A DNA stretch of 64,000 nucleotides from the IMG/VR virus record IMGVR_UViG_3300046115_000059, positions 1 through 64,000 of that record. One strand, written 5' to 3'. The notes under the pieces were generated by a model. The model saw only the letters and a list, made by a program, of their open reading frames with translations, was not told the origin of the DNA and ran no database searches. The translations under genes were made by a program, and so were the position numbers. The first letter of the stretch is position 1; the number at the start of each line of letters is the position of its first letter. The DNA comes from a virus. This document shows positions 1 to 9,485 of this stretch, one piece after another.

Positions 1-1
1 G

Positions 2-133
2 GCTGGGCAAGGTGGGCCGACGATCACGGTGTCGGATGATGAACTGATCCGGCGCGTCGAGGAGCGTAGCGCGCGCATCGTGCAGATCAATCAAAGCGCG
101 CTCGATCGCTGGGTGCTCGAAGCGCTCGAATAG
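2..133 (+). CDS. C-terminal end of an upstream gene (partial, hypothetical)
   Basis: Frame open from the window edge, ends ...SALDRWVLEALE then TAG 131-133. An intrinsic terminator follows directly. Confidence 0.35.
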   Translation, partial: AGQGGPTITVSDDELIRRVEERSARIVQINQSALDRWVLEALE

Positions 134-164
134 TCGTCTCTACCCAGACGTCAGTGTCTAAGGC

Positions 165-198
165 CGGGCTGTCATTTCATGGGCAGCCCGATTTTTTT
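165..198 (+). terminator. Rho-independent terminator
   Basis: 7-bp stem CGGGCTG (165-171) / CAGCCCG (184-190) followed by a T7 run (192-198). Confidence 0.8.
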
Positions 199-236
199 GC
201 CCTAAAATCTGCAAATTCATTCCAGAAATAAGGGAC

Positions 237-264
237 TTGACATCGTTTTGAAACCGACTATACT
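237..264 (+). promoter_or_regulatory. Promoter cassette P1 (TTGACA-N16-TATACT with invariant spacer block TTGAAACCGAC)
   Basis: TTGACA 237-242, TTGAAACCGAC 248-258, TATACT 259-264. One of 11 related copies. Confidence 0.75.
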
Positions 265-319
265 TATTAAGTCAGTCGGGTATGGCAACCGGTAACGGCA
301 ACCACAAAAGGACACGACC

Positions 320-1123
320 ATGAACGCCACGATTTTCAAGACCTTCGAAACCTTCGCCACCACACTGCCGATCGAACAGCTGCGCAGCACGATCGATACC
401 GTTACCAGCACGCTGGACACGCTCACGAAGGAACAGCGGCACGCGGATGCGGCTGGCCTGCCGGAAGCGCTCGAAGCGCTCAGCGCTGAACTGTTCAAGC
501 GGAACGCGCAGAACTTCGCGATCGCTGCACAGGCCGACATTGTGGACAACGGAATCGAACTTGATTACCTCACCGGCCGCGCCGAACACGACGCGTTCGA
601 AGCAGGCGCCGAAGATATGGAACGGCGCGCGATGAAAAACGAAGCGCTGCGCGAAGCGGAAACCGAAGCACAGATGGCCGAGGATCTGAACACGCAAAAG
701 TCATTCGATCCGAAACGGTTCATTCTCGCGGGCAATGCGATTTTCACGTTGTCCAATAATAAGGGTGAACACCTGACGTTCCGCGTGCGTGCGAAGCAGG
801 ACGATCCGAATCGTGCGCCGGTCTACTTTGTGTCGCTGCTTGCCGGTGCGGACAACGTGAACGACTACACGTATCTGGGCATGGTCGATGCGAGCACGGG
901 CGCGGTGCGGCTCACGAAGAAATCCACCGACAACAATTTCACCGATGCGACAAAATCGGTCATGGTGATTCGCTGGTCGCTGGCGCTGATCTTCGCGGGC
1001 AAGTCGTTTCCAGTTGGCTACGACATCCGGCACGCGGGCCGCTGTGGTCGCTGCGGGCGGCTGCTCACGGTGCCCAGCTCGATCGATTCCGGTATCGGTC
1101 CGGAATGCGCGACACGCATGTAG
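320..1123 (+). CDS. Hypothetical early protein with C-terminal CGRCGR...GIGPEC zinc-ribbon-like motif (DUF6011-like)
   Basis: 267-aa ORF downstream of P1. C-terminus is HAGRCGRCGRLLTVPSSIDSGIGPECA. Confidence 0.7.
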   Translation: MNATIFKTFETFATTLPIEQLRSTIDTVTSTLDTLTKEQRHADAAGLPEALEALSAELFKRNAQNFAIAAQADIVDNGIELDYLTGRAEHDAFEAGAEDMERRAMKNEALREAETEAQMAEDLNTQKSFDPKRFILAGNAIFTLSNNKGEHLTFRVRAKQDDPNRAPVYFVSLLAGADNVNDYTYLGMVDASTGAVRLTKKSTDNNFTDATKSVMVIRWSLALIFAGKSFPVGYDIRHAGRCGRCGRLLTVPSSIDSGIGPECATRM

Positions 1124-1175
1124 TTCACCAGCCGGGCGCCTGCGGGTGCCCGGCACTTCACCGGAACAGGAGCCG

Positions 1176-1508
1176 ATGATGAATTTCAGCGAAATGGTTT
1201 CAATCTCGAAGCGGTTATCGGTGGGCAGCTTTACCGCGGCACCAATGGCTGATGTCCGCGGGCGCATTCTCAATCATCCGGATGCCGAATTCGTGAGCAG
1301 CTTCCACTGGCCGAACCGTTACTACTTTCAGATCGAGCACGGGCTCGGCACTGAACGGCGCGCGATTCCAATCGGGATGGAACCGGCCGAATCAGGCTGC
1401 GCAATCCGCAGACTGTGCCACCACGATGGCACGCTGGTCGGTACAGCGGAAAACGGTGTGCTGCGGCTCGTGGTCGACGGTGTGCCGTTCACGGTGACCG
1501 TATCATGA
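1176..1508 (+). CDS. Hypothetical protein
   Basis: ORF-track frame. ATG 1176/1179 preceded by AACAGGAGC (1165-1173). Confidence 0.55.
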   Translation: MMNFSEMVSISKRLSVGSFTAAPMADVRGRILNHPDAEFVSSFHWPNRYYFQIEHGLGTERRAIPIGMEPAESGCAIRRLCHHDGTLVGTAENGVLRLVVDGVPFTVTVS

Positions 1509-1864
1509 TGCGCCGCATTACGTTCGTGGCTGCCTTTCCGAACGTGTTCGTGCTGTTTCCGGTGTGCGGCCACGTGCAGCCGCGGCTGCGGTCCGAAGGG
1601 GAACCACCCGCGCGGATCCATTGCGCGCAGTGCGCGGCGCTATGGGTGCACCACGGGGCACCAGCTGGCACCGCAAAGGCCGATCGGTCGGTGCTGCTGG
1701 CGAAGCCACGGGCGCCAAAGCGGGCTCGTAAAGGGGCGCGTGTGCAGGTGCAGGGGGAAGAGCGGTTAATCGTGCGCGTGCTGCGCGGTGGCGAAGGGGT
1801 GCAGCTCGATCGGCCGGTGAAAGGGTTTGCCAATTGGGAACTGTCGGACGTGAGGGTGCTGTGA
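1505..1864 (+). CDS. Hypothetical protein
   Basis: ATGA overlap with the upstream stop. ORF-track frame 1415..1864. Confidence 0.45.
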   Translation: MMRRITFVAAFPNVFVLFPVCGHVQPRLRSEGEPPARIHCAQCAALWVHHGAPAGTAKADRSVLLAKPRAPKRARKGARVQVQGEERLIVRVLRGGEGVQLDRPVKGFANWELSDVRVL

Positions 1865-2094
1865 TGGCTCAAATCCTAGATGAACACGTGGCGGAACTAC
1901 TCGCTGATATTGACGGGATAGAAGCGGATCTGCGTAGGCTCGAAAACCGGCTGACATATGTGCGCTCGAAGCTACACCGGCTGTCCGGGCTGGGCAAGCG
2001 GTATGGTGATAACGGTCGCAGGCCGGAGCCGGTGCCACCAGCACCGCGGGCACCGGCACTGCCGCGCGATCTGGACGACGATATCCCGTTCTAA
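1864..2094 (+). CDS. Hypothetical coiled-coil protein
   Basis: ATG 1864 overlaps the upstream TGA. Heptad-like AELLADIDGIEADLRRLENRL. Confidence 0.5.
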   Translation: MAQILDEHVAELLADIDGIEADLRRLENRLTYVRSKLHRLSGLGKRYGDNGRRPEPVPPAPRAPALPRDLDDDIPF

Positions 2095-2112
2095 CTTTAT
2101 TTTCTGCAGCTC

Positions 2113-2140
2113 TTGACATCGGATTGAAACCGACTATACT
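2113..2140 (+). promoter_or_regulatory. Promoter cassette P2
   Basis: TTGACA 2113-2118, TTGAAACCGAC, TATACT 2135-2140. Confidence 0.75.
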
Positions 2141-2189
2141 TACTTTGTCGGTCGCAATTCCGCGGCAGACACTCGAAAGGGCCGAACCG

Positions 2190-2459
2190 ATGAACGCCGC
2201 AACCCTCGCCAGCTACTACACGGACGCCAAAGTGGCGGAACTGCAGGCGGCATTCAATCGCGTGGCGCCGAAGCCGAACTGGAAAACGGCGATCGACGCG
2301 ATCGTGATCGTCGTGAACGACGCGGAACTCGCCACGATCGCGGAAGCGGTCACGTTCTACACGGGCAGCATAATCATGGCGACCGTGGTTCGGCAGGATG
2401 GCATGCTGCGCAGCGTGCGCGTGCAGGCCGCTGGTTACTACGTGGCGATCGGAGCGTAA
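2190..2459 (+). CDS. Hypothetical protein
   Basis: ATG 2190 after GAAAGGG. The track start at 2124 lies inside the promoter and is rejected. Confidence 0.6.
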   Translation: MNAATLASYYTDAKVAELQAAFNRVAPKPNWKTAIDAIVIVVNDAELATIAEAVTFYTGSIIMATVVRQDGMLRSVRVQAAGYYVAIGA

Positions 2460-2460
2460 C

Positions 2461-2760
2461 GTGGTCGACAAACTGCTCGGCAAACGCTTCGAACTTCGTG
2501 CCGGTGGGCACGTGTTCGATTTTACGGTGGTAGCGATCGACCGGAAGGCCGATCGCGCCAGCGTGCACCACTACTGTGGCGATCGTGGGACCGTATCCTA
2601 CTCACAGCTGGTGGATTCGTATCGGCTGGGCAACATGCAGGAAGCGGCTGTGCGGCCGGTGGTGCTCGAAGCGCAGCCATGGGTGCGGCTGGGTGGGACT
2701 GGCCGCAAGGTGCTTGTCACGCATCGCGTGCGCGGGCGCACACACGTGCAGGAGTTGTGA
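2461..2760 (+). CDS. Hypothetical protein
   Basis: GTG 2461 six nt after GGAG (2451-2454). Confidence 0.55.
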   Translation: MVDKLLGKRFELRAGGHVFDFTVVAIDRKADRASVHHYCGDRGTVSYSQLVDSYRLGNMQEAAVRPVVLEAQPWVRLGGTGRKVLVTHRVRGRTHVQEL

Positions 2761-2978
2761 TGGCGAAAAAACTGATTCAGACAAATTTCCGCTACAGCTA
2801 TACCGATCCGTGCGGACCGGTGCGCGAGCAGTTCGGTAGCTATCTCGGGCGCACGGCGGCCAGTCGCGCCACGCTGCTGCGGTTTCTTCGTGGCAATTTC
2901 AAGCGCTGCGGGCTCGAAGCACGCGTGAGCAGTCTCACGATCGGCAGCTCGCATGAATCGCAATGGATCGCCAAGTGA
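2760..2978 (+). CDS. Hypothetical protein
   Basis: ATG 2760 overlaps the upstream TGA. GGAG at 2751-2754. Confidence 0.5.
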   Translation: MAKKLIQTNFRYSYTDPCGPVREQFGSYLGRTAASRATLLRFLRGNFKRCGLEARVSSLTIGSSHESQWIAK

Positions 2979-3148
2979 CGCGCCAGCAGAAAGCGATCGC
3001 GGTGCTGGTGCTGTTCGTGCGTATACCGGCCGGGTTGCTGATGCTGCTGGCGTTTCTAAGCAGCTCGTGGGTGTCGTTCACGCTGGCGCTGATCGCATGG
3101 GTGCTGACGCATATCGGGTTACACACTGCATTTAGCGAAGAGGAGTAG
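2963..3148 (+). CDS. Small membrane protein (two hydrophobic helices)
   Basis: 61 aa with AIAVLVLFVRIPAGLLMLLAFL and WVSFTLALIAWVLTHIGL. Confidence 0.45.
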   Translation: MDRQVTRQQKAIAVLVLFVRIPAGLLMLLAFLSSSWVSFTLALIAWVLTHIGLHTAFSEEE

Positions 3149-3152
3149 AACC

Positions 3153-4040
3153 GTGGAACAGGAACCGAAACTAATTAAAGACGATTTGCCGCGATCCACT
3201 GTGGTGCGCGTAGCACTGGACGAAATCGCCACACCGGACGTCAGCGATCACGATGCCATCGAGGATATGGCGGCCAGTATTCGCGCGGTGGGCATGCTGC
3301 AGCCGGTGGTGCTGGTGCGGCACGTCAATAACTCGAAGCGCTTTCGCATCGTGGCGGGCCGCAGGCGCATCGCGGCACTGCTCGCAATCTGTAAGCAGGA
3401 CGAGAACGATCCGGCTGGCGTGCACGTGCATGCGCACGTGTTCGATACGTTATCAAAAGCCGAAGCGGCCGAGCGGTTGCTGCGCGAAAACGCGAATCGG
3501 TCAGACAACTATCTGGCCGAACGCGACGCACTGCTCACGCTGCAGGCGCAGGGGCTCGAACCAAAACAAATCGCGCAGCGGCTGCGCGTCAATCTGACAT
3601 GGGTGAATCGGCGGCTGTCGCTGGCCGCATTACCGGAACCAATTGCACAGGCGCTGCGCCGGGGCGACGTTACGTTCACGACGGCACTGCAGATCGTGCG
3701 GCTACCGGCACAGGCACGTACGAAACTTGCGCGGCAATACGAGAAGCGGCGCGACGAGGATGGATCGGCGCGCATTTCACAGGAAACGGTGCGCGCATCG
3801 CAGGAAACCGGACCGGTGCTGGTGGGACCGTTGTTTCCTGATCTGCGCACGAATACCGTCGTGGCAGCAGCGCACACGCGGCGCGAGCAGGCATGGCGCG
3901 ATGTCACCGAATGGATCGATCAGTCGGTGCAGCTCGGTGGCATTACCAAAAACGGTGCGCAATACATCAAAGCGGCGATCGAATCCTACGGCGCGGCACG
4001 TGAACAGCTGGGCACGATTCAAGCAGGGGAACGGTTATGA
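3153..4040 (+). CDS. ParB-like N-terminal (ParB/Srx) domain protein
   Basis: GMLQPVVLVRH...FRIVAGRRRIAALL matches the ParB N-terminal box. Helical C-terminal half. Confidence 0.8.
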   Translation: MEQEPKLIKDDLPRSTVVRVALDEIATPDVSDHDAIEDMAASIRAVGMLQPVVLVRHVNNSKRFRIVAGRRRIAALLAICKQDENDPAGVHVHAHVFDTLSKAEAAERLLRENANRSDNYLAERDALLTLQAQGLEPKQIAQRLRVNLTWVNRRLSLAALPEPIAQALRRGDVTFTTALQIVRLPAQARTKLARQYEKRRDEDGSARISQETVRASQETGPVLVGPLFPDLRTNTVVAAAHTRREQAWRDVTEWIDQSVQLGGITKNGAQYIKAAIESYGAAREQLGTIQAGERL

Positions 4041-4801
4041 GCACGCTGACGACGGCACGGGGCTGCGGCACACGGACACGCGGTGGTGTCTATATTGAAT
4101 CAGGGCTCAGCGCGAACGGAAGGCCGCTCGAAGAGTTTCTGTTCGATCCGCCGCTCACGTTCGAATTCTATGCGGACGCGGGCGCAGGTGATCCGGCATG
4201 GTTCAAGCCGCACCGCTCACCGATCGTATTCGAACATGCGGGCGCCAAGCATTTAATGTTTTGGGTAGGCGAGGAACACTATCCGGACGTCTGGGATTTC
4301 ATCGAGGAAACGCGCGTGCTGGGTGCGTCGCGCAAGGTATCGCGCACATTCGATTTCTCGCAGCTCACGCCGAGCAGTCGCATGTTTTTTGTGCATCCGA
4401 ATGCACATGTGATCGGTCGCTGTAATGGCGATGATGCGGTGCAGTCATTGCCGCGGTGCTGCACTGAACGACATTCCAATCTGCGCACGGTGGCCGCAGG
4501 ACTTGCGCTGTCGGACTGCTTGTCAAACGCGCTGCTGCTGCCGGTTACGTCGACTGGCGGCTATGACTGGAAAGCTGCTGATGACAGCCATGGCACGCAA
4601 GGCGTGCGTACGTTGCCGTGTGGCCACGCATATAGTCGGTATACTATGAAAGATGCGGTGCTGCTGTCGCAGCCCGGCATATTCATGTGGCTGCCGATCA
4701 CAGGGGTGGCGATGATCAAGCAGCAGGATGGATCTGTGGATCCGATCGTGCGCGATCGTGTGCAGCGGGCCGCGGTGGCAACGTTCGAACGTGAGGAGTA
4801 A
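4037..4801 (+). CDS. Hypothetical protein (N-terminal RGCGTRTRGGVY motif)
   Basis: 254-aa ORF with ATGA overlap to the ParB-like gene. Confidence 0.6.
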   Translation: MSTLTTARGCGTRTRGGVYIESGLSANGRPLEEFLFDPPLTFEFYADAGAGDPAWFKPHRSPIVFEHAGAKHLMFWVGEEHYPDVWDFIEETRVLGASRKVSRTFDFSQLTPSSRMFFVHPNAHVIGRCNGDDAVQSLPRCCTERHSNLRTVAAGLALSDCLSNALLLPVTSTGGYDWKAADDSHGTQGVRTLPCGHAYSRYTMKDAVLLSQPGIFMWLPITGVAMIKQQDGSVDPIVRDRVQRAAVATFEREE

Positions 4802-5217
4802 TGAAACGTCTTAGCGGTGGCGGCCGCGGGGGTGCTCGGGATAATGCCGGGCAGCCCGCGGTGTATCGACCAAAAAATGAAGCGCGCATGTATCTGCCGA
4901 ACGAGAATGCGGATCAGGTGCTGCGGCGCGCGCGCGATCGCACCGGGCGATCGATGTCGGATATTGTCGAGCACCTGCTGCGCAAGCACGGCGCACGGCT
5001 CGATACGGTGACTACGTTCACCGGGCGCACGCGATCCGTCGTGCAGAAACGTGTGCTGCTCACCAGCGAAGCCGCGGGCATTCTAGATGCCTTGATCGTT
5101 CGGTCCGGTGAAGGGCTGAACGACGTGATCGACTATCTTGTTACGGTGCATGCACCGTCGCTGATGCGGTTCGGCGTCACGTCGACGGAACAATCCGCAG
5201 CCCGGCGCACAGCCTAA
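4801..5217 (+). CDS. Hypothetical protein (Gly/Arg-rich N-terminus)
   Basis: 138-aa ORF with TAATG overlap. Confidence 0.55.
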   Translation: MKRLSGGGRGGARDNAGQPAVYRPKNEARMYLPNENADQVLRRARDRTGRSMSDIVEHLLRKHGARLDTVTTFTGRTRSVVQKRVLLTSEAAGILDALIVRSGEGLNDVIDYLVTVHAPSLMRFGVTSTEQSAARRTA

Positions 5218-5249
5218 AAACTTGCAGATTCAGGCCGGATTCGTGGCAC

Positions 5250-5277
5250 TTGACAACCGTTTGAAACCGACTATACT
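5250..5277 (+). promoter_or_regulatory. Promoter cassette P3 (drives a leaderless ORF)
   Basis: TTGACA 5250-5255, TATACT 5272-5277. ATG 5284 is the 7th nt after the -10. Confidence 0.75.
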
Positions 5278-5283
5278 TAGTGC

Positions 5284-5475
5284 ATGGTTATCGGATATCT
5301 CACACCGGTCGAGAGTGCTTCGGGCAAACTGTTTTGGCTCGTGCGAATTGAAGGCAACGGCACACCTTACACAATTGAGCGCACGTTTGAAATCTCACCG
5401 TATGCCGAGAAAGCCGTTTACGACACCGCAAAGGCATGCCGCATGGGCTGCCGGATCGTTTACAACAAGTTGTGA
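5284..5475 (+). CDS. Hypothetical protein (predicted leaderless)
   Basis: 63-aa ORF. ATG sits at the predicted +1 of P3, and no SD is possible. Confidence 0.55.
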   Translation: MVIGYLTPVESASGKLFWLVRIEGNGTPYTIERTFEISPYAEKAVYDTAKACRMGCRIVYNKL

Positions 5476-5489
5476 AAGGAAATCCGATA

Positions 5490-5888
5490 ATGGTTACGCG
5501 CACAAACGGAAACACGACCGATTACTACCTCACAGCTCGCGCGACCGATCCGGTGCTGCGCAAGATCGTCACCGTAGGCGAAGGCACTGAACTAATTTCG
5601 TTCACCGGCCGATCGCTGATCGTGTCAAAAATGCGGTTTGATGCGCACGTGCCGCAGATCGTGATCGATGGTGCGGTGCAAACGATGCAAGCCGAAGCGG
5701 CGAAGCTGCTGCCGCAAGTCGAGCACGTCACCTATGCACAGGAACTGATCGCGGCCGCGCTGCGCGACGATGGTATTAGCGACATCGTGCGCAACGTCGA
5801 GGAATTTCGCAACGGTGATCTGGAGCTGAACCTGCACAATGGCGCGCGGCTGGCGATCACGATCCGCGAAACGAAGGCGGCGCAGTAA
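5490..5888 (+). CDS. Hypothetical protein
   Basis: ATG 5490 after GAAAGGAAA. Confidence 0.6.
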   Translation: MVTRTNGNTTDYYLTARATDPVLRKIVTVGEGTELISFTGRSLIVSKMRFDAHVPQIVIDGAVQTMQAEAAKLLPQVEHVTYAQELIAAALRDDGISDIVRNVEEFRNGDLELNLHNGARLAITIRETKAAQ

Positions 5889-6310
5889 TGCACGCCGAGC
5901 CGCTCATGCTGAATCCGGGCCGTAATGGGTATTGCGGTCCGGGCGCACTCTCGATCCTCGCAGGTGTCGACACTGATACCGCTGCCGCGGTGCTGCGGCG
6001 CATTACCGGCAAGCGCGCTGTGTATGGCGTATGGATGTCCGATATGGTGCGCGCACTGCGGGCGCTGGGGCTCACGCCAACGTGTATCTACCGCAAAGGC
6101 ACGAAGGGCGTTACGCTCGAACGCTGGGCGCCACAGCAGCAGGACGGGCGCTATCTCGTATCCGTCACCGGACATTATTGTGTGGTGCGTGTGCATCACG
6201 GCGCAGGAATTTTCGTCTGCGATAATCACACGTTCCACGAGCTGCCGCTCGCGCGCTACCGGCAGCGTCGAAAGCGCTTAAAGCAAGGCTGGAAAATTAT
6301 TTCGCAATAG
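5888..6310 (+). CDS. Putative papain-fold cysteine peptidase (C39-like)
   Basis: NGYCGPGALSILAG (Cys), TGHYCVV (His) and FVCDNH in C39-like order and spacing. Confidence 0.5.
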   Translation: MHAEPLMLNPGRNGYCGPGALSILAGVDTDTAAAVLRRITGKRAVYGVWMSDMVRALRALGLTPTCIYRKGTKGVTLERWAPQQQDGRYLVSVTGHYCVVRVHHGAGIFVCDNHTFHELPLARYRQRRKRLKQGWKIISQ

Positions 6311-6312
6311 GC

Positions 6313-6340
6313 TTGACATAGGTTTGAAACCGACTATACT
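6313..6340 (+). promoter_or_regulatory. Promoter cassette P4
   Basis: TTGACA 6313-6318, TTGAAACCGAC, TATACT 6335-6340. Confidence 0.75.
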
Positions 6341-6391
6341 TAGTGAGTTGGTTCGCGGTAGTCGCGGGCGACAAGCAAGGGGGTTGGGCAC

Positions 6392-6685
6392 ATGGATTTC
6401 CGCTATCGCTACTCGGTGCAGCTGTTCACGGTGACCGGTCGCCAGACGCCTGCGGGCTGGCAGGTGGGCAAGCGCTTCGGGCACAAGGGGCTCGGTCAGC
6501 CGAATGCCGCGAAGCTGGCGCAGTACGTGGCCGACTATAACGCCAGCGTGCAGCCCGATGGCTGCAATGCGCATCTGGGCGCCGGTGCGGTGGCGATCGG
6601 CGCGGTGGTGAAGGATCACGATAACGATGCGCGCATCGTGGCTGGCTGGGGCACGTATCCGATCGTGTTGGCAGGGGTGCGCTAA
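6392..6685 (+). CDS. Hypothetical protein
   Basis: ATG 6392 after AAGGGGG. Confidence 0.55.
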   Translation: MDFRYRYSVQLFTVTGRQTPAGWQVGKRFGHKGLGQPNAAKLAQYVADYNASVQPDGCNAHLGAGAVAIGAVVKDHDNDARIVAGWGTYPIVLAGVR

Positions 6686-6912
6686 TGGCTGGCGATCGCG
6701 AGGCTCAATTTCGTGCGGTGGCTGCGATAGCCGAAGCCGTACGCATCGCAGGGGAAATCCCAGCCGGGCACCTGTATGCCATGGTGCTCGATCGCATGCC
6801 GCTCGCGGTGTTCGAGGAAATCGTGGCGCTGCTCGTGCGCGCCAAGCTGGTGCGCCGCGAATCGTCGCATTTGCTCGTGTGGATCGGTCAGCTGAAAGGT
6901 GTCACGAAATGA
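6685..6912 (+). CDS. Hypothetical protein (possible winged-helix)
   Basis: 75-aa ORF with TAATG overlap. Confidence 0.5.
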   Translation: MAGDREAQFRAVAAIAEAVRIAGEIPAGHLYAMVLDRMPLAVFEEIVALLVRAKLVRRESSHLLVWIGQLKGVTK

Positions 6913-6962
6913 AACTGGAACTACTGTTGCTGCAATCAAAACCGCAGCGCAAGGAGCTAGTG

Positions 6963-7352
6963 ATGGGAAACTCGCATTACAACGTGGCGCCGCGATGGTC
7001 TAGTGGTTCACCAGCCATGGTGGATCGGCGCACCGCGATCGGCGTAGCTGGTGACGAGCAATCGTCGCACTCGCACGCGCTACAGGGGTTTTACGGCGAG
7101 GATAAGCAGCGTGCGGCGCAGGCGCCCGGCGCGCTATCTGGCATCGTGGAACATCGCCACGAAAGCGGCCGCGGCTGGTTTGTGCGCGATCTGCTCACGG
7201 GCGAATACTTCTACCGCTGGGAACGCGGACACCGGCCGACAGCGGCGCAGCGCGCGGCAGTCCGGCGCAAGATGTTCACGATCTGGGAATCGGCCGATTA
7301 CCGTGAAACCGTGAAAAACGTTCCAGATTTCAGGGGCTTGACATCGGTTTGA
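6963..7352 (+). CDS. Hypothetical protein
   Basis: ATG 6963 seven nt after AAGGAG. ATG 6909 is an alternative start. The 3-prime end runs into P5. Confidence 0.5.
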   Translation: MGNSHYNVAPRWSSGSPAMVDRRTAIGVAGDEQSSHSHALQGFYGEDKQRAAQAPGALSGIVEHRHESGRGWFVRDLLTGEYFYRWERGHRPTAAQRAAVRRKMFTIWESADYRETVKNVPDFRGLTSV

Positions 7353-7365
7353 AACCGACTATACT
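7338..7365 (+). promoter_or_regulatory. Promoter cassette P5 (drives the leaderless SNF2 gene)
   Basis: TTGACA 7338-7343, TATACT 7360-7365. ATG 7372 is the 7th nt after the -10. Confidence 0.75.
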
Positions 7366-7371
7366 TATCAC

Positions 7372-9168
7372 ATGGTTATGACGTTTTCGGCTGGACGGTT
7401 CGTGGCAACACCGCAAGGTGAAACCGATCACGCGGCGATCAAAGCAGCTGGCGCGCGGTTCGTGTGGGACCGCGCCAGCCGCAGCTACTGGACGAAGTTT
7501 GCGGATCAGGCTGTGAAGCTGGCCGCATTCGCTGACGAAACCGCGGCTGCGAAGCTGGCCGGTGTGCCAACCGTGGAACAGCGCGCGACGGCAGTGGTCG
7601 CCAGCCGGGCGCAGGATGCGGCGATCGAAGTGCCTGCACCTGCGGGGCTCAACTATCTGCCGTTCCAGCGTGCGGGCATTGCCTACAGCGAGCAGCGCGC
7701 TGGCGTGCTGATGGCACCGGAGCAAGGGCTCGGGAAAACGATCATCGTGTGCGGCGTGATCAACCGCGACAGCTCAATCCGTCGCGCGCTGGTGCTGTGC
7801 CCAAAAACGCCGCGGGGCAACTGGCGCAACGAGCTGAATAAGTGGCTCACGCGCCGTATGACGATCGGCATCGGTGACGCGAAGCAGTTGCCGCTGCATG
7901 CCGATATCGTGATCATTCATTACGATGTGGCGCACCGCTACACTGAACAGCTGCATTCGGTAGCGTGGGATCTGATCGTGTGCGACGAAGCGCACCTGTT
8001 GAAAAATCCAAAGGCGCAGCGAACGATCCTCGTGTTCGGAAAAAAGGGCAAGCGCGCGAAGGGCAAGGCTGGCGCGGCTGGTTACGTGCCTGCCGTTCCG
8101 CCGATTCCATCGCTCGAAGCACGGCGCAAGATGCTGTTGACTGGCACGCCGATCGTCAATCGCCCGATGGAAGTGTTCCCGCTGCTGCACTACGTTGATT
8201 CAATCAGCTGGCCTGAATTTTTCCCGTTCGCCAAGCGCTACTGCGATGCCAACCGCACACCTTACGGCTGGGATTTCAAAGGCGCCAGCCACCTTGACGA
8301 ACTGCAGCAGAAAATGCGCGAGACGGTTATGTATCGCGTGCGCAAGTCAGAAGTGCTCACCGAGCTGCCGCGGAAGTTCCGGCAAGTGATCGAAATCCCT
8401 GCGAACGGCGCAGGCAAAATCGTGGCCGCCGAACGCGAAGCCTACGATCTCGTGAACACCGACGAGCACAAAGCACGGATCGCGCAGCTACAAGCCGCGG
8501 TGGAAGCGGCGAAGCTGACCGGCAACCGCGAAGAGTATGCCGCGGCGATCAACGCGCTGCAGCAGGGTGTGGCTGCACCGCTCGCGGAAATCAGCGCGAT
8601 GCGTAAGGCACTGGCGATCGAAAAGGCACCTTACGTGATCGAGCACGTGCAAACGGTGCTCGAAGATAACCCGACGCATAAGGTGGTCGTGTTCGCGTGG
8701 CATCACGAAATGGTGAACGCGCTGCGCGCAGCCTTCGCGGACAAGATGGTGGAAATCACCGGCCGCACCACAGGCGATCGCACGGACATCGTGCGCCGGT
8801 TTCAGGAAGATCCCAGCGTGCAGGTGTTCGTGGGCTCGATCACGGCAGCCGGAACGGCGATCACATTGACGGCGGCATCGCATGTCATTTTTGCGGAGCT
8901 GGATTGGGTGCCCGGTAATTTGTCGCAGGCCGAAGATCGCTGCCACCGAATCGGGCAGCACGATAACGTGCTGGTGCAGCATCTCGTGTTCGAAGGTTCA
9001 CTGGATGCCACGATGGTGCACATGATCATTGCTAAGCAAGCTGTGATCGATGCCGCGGTGGACGACGTGCATGTGGCACCAGCACCGGCACCAGTCGCAG
9101 CCGCTCGCGCGATCGCGCGGCCAGTCGTGACCGAACCGGAATGGAATGGAGTAGATGCACCGTGGTAG
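7372..9168 (+). CDS. SNF2/Rad54-family helicase
   Basis: GLGKT, DEAHLLKN, LLTGTPIVNRPMEVFPLL and QAEDRCHRIGQ motifs in canonical order. Confidence 0.9.
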   Translation: MVMTFSAGRFVATPQGETDHAAIKAAGARFVWDRASRSYWTKFADQAVKLAAFADETAAAKLAGVPTVEQRATAVVASRAQDAAIEVPAPAGLNYLPFQRAGIAYSEQRAGVLMAPEQGLGKTIIVCGVINRDSSIRRALVLCPKTPRGNWRNELNKWLTRRMTIGIGDAKQLPLHADIVIIHYDVAHRYTEQLHSVAWDLIVCDEAHLLKNPKAQRTILVFGKKGKRAKGKAGAAGYVPAVPPIPSLEARRKMLLTGTPIVNRPMEVFPLLHYVDSISWPEFFPFAKRYCDANRTPYGWDFKGASHLDELQQKMRETVMYRVRKSEVLTELPRKFRQVIEIPANGAGKIVAAEREAYDLVNTDEHKARIAQLQAAVEAAKLTGNREEYAAAINALQQGVAAPLAEISAMRKALAIEKAPYVIEHVQTVLEDNPTHKVVVFAWHHEMVNALRAAFADKMVEITGRTTGDRTDIVRRFQEDPSVQVFVGSITAAGTAITLTAASHVIFAELDWVPGNLSQAEDRCHRIGQHDNVLVQHLVFEGSLDATMVHMIIAKQAVIDAAVDDVHVAPAPAPVAAARAIARPVVTEPEWNGVDAPW

Positions 9169-9485
9169 CAGCAAAACGGTATTCGAAAGGGCTCACACAA
9201 AAACAGGAACGCGAAATCATCCGGGGTGGTGAGGCACCCGTCCCGGTGATTACGCCGCAGCATTCCGTACTGCTCAGCGACAAACAGCGCGAAGCACTGG
9301 TGCGCCGGTCGTATCAGCTCGCGGTGCGTGTGCAGGTGGCGGTACGCGATGCATGCGGCTATGCCGTTACGCTAGACGAAGCACTGATCGTGGCGCGGCT
9401 GCTTGTGCTCGATCTGGTCGCTGATGGCCGTGGACATTCGCTATTGCAATTACTCGACACCGCAAAACAGGAGCTGAAACCATGA
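9141..9485 (+). CDS. Hypothetical protein (start uncertain; GTG 9162 also possible)
   Basis: ORF-track frame overlapping the end of the SNF2 gene. Confidence 0.45.
   Translation: MEWSRCTVVAAKRYSKGLTQKQEREIIRGGEAPVPVITPQHSVLLSDKQREALVRRSYQLAVRVQVAVRDACGYAVTLDEALIVARLLVLDLVADGRGHSLLQLLDTAKQELKP

Noticed and set aside
4625-4645. GGTATACTATG inside 4037..4801, which looks like a -10 plus ATG.
   Set aside because: It has no cassette spacer block and no -35, and it lies in the middle of a continuous ORF. It is probably chance.
6343-6540. ORF 6343..6540 starting 3 nt after the P4 -10 box.
   Set aside because: The start lies upstream of the predicted +1 and the product is Gly/Ala/Arg-rich. It overlaps the SD-led gene 6392..6685 in another frame.
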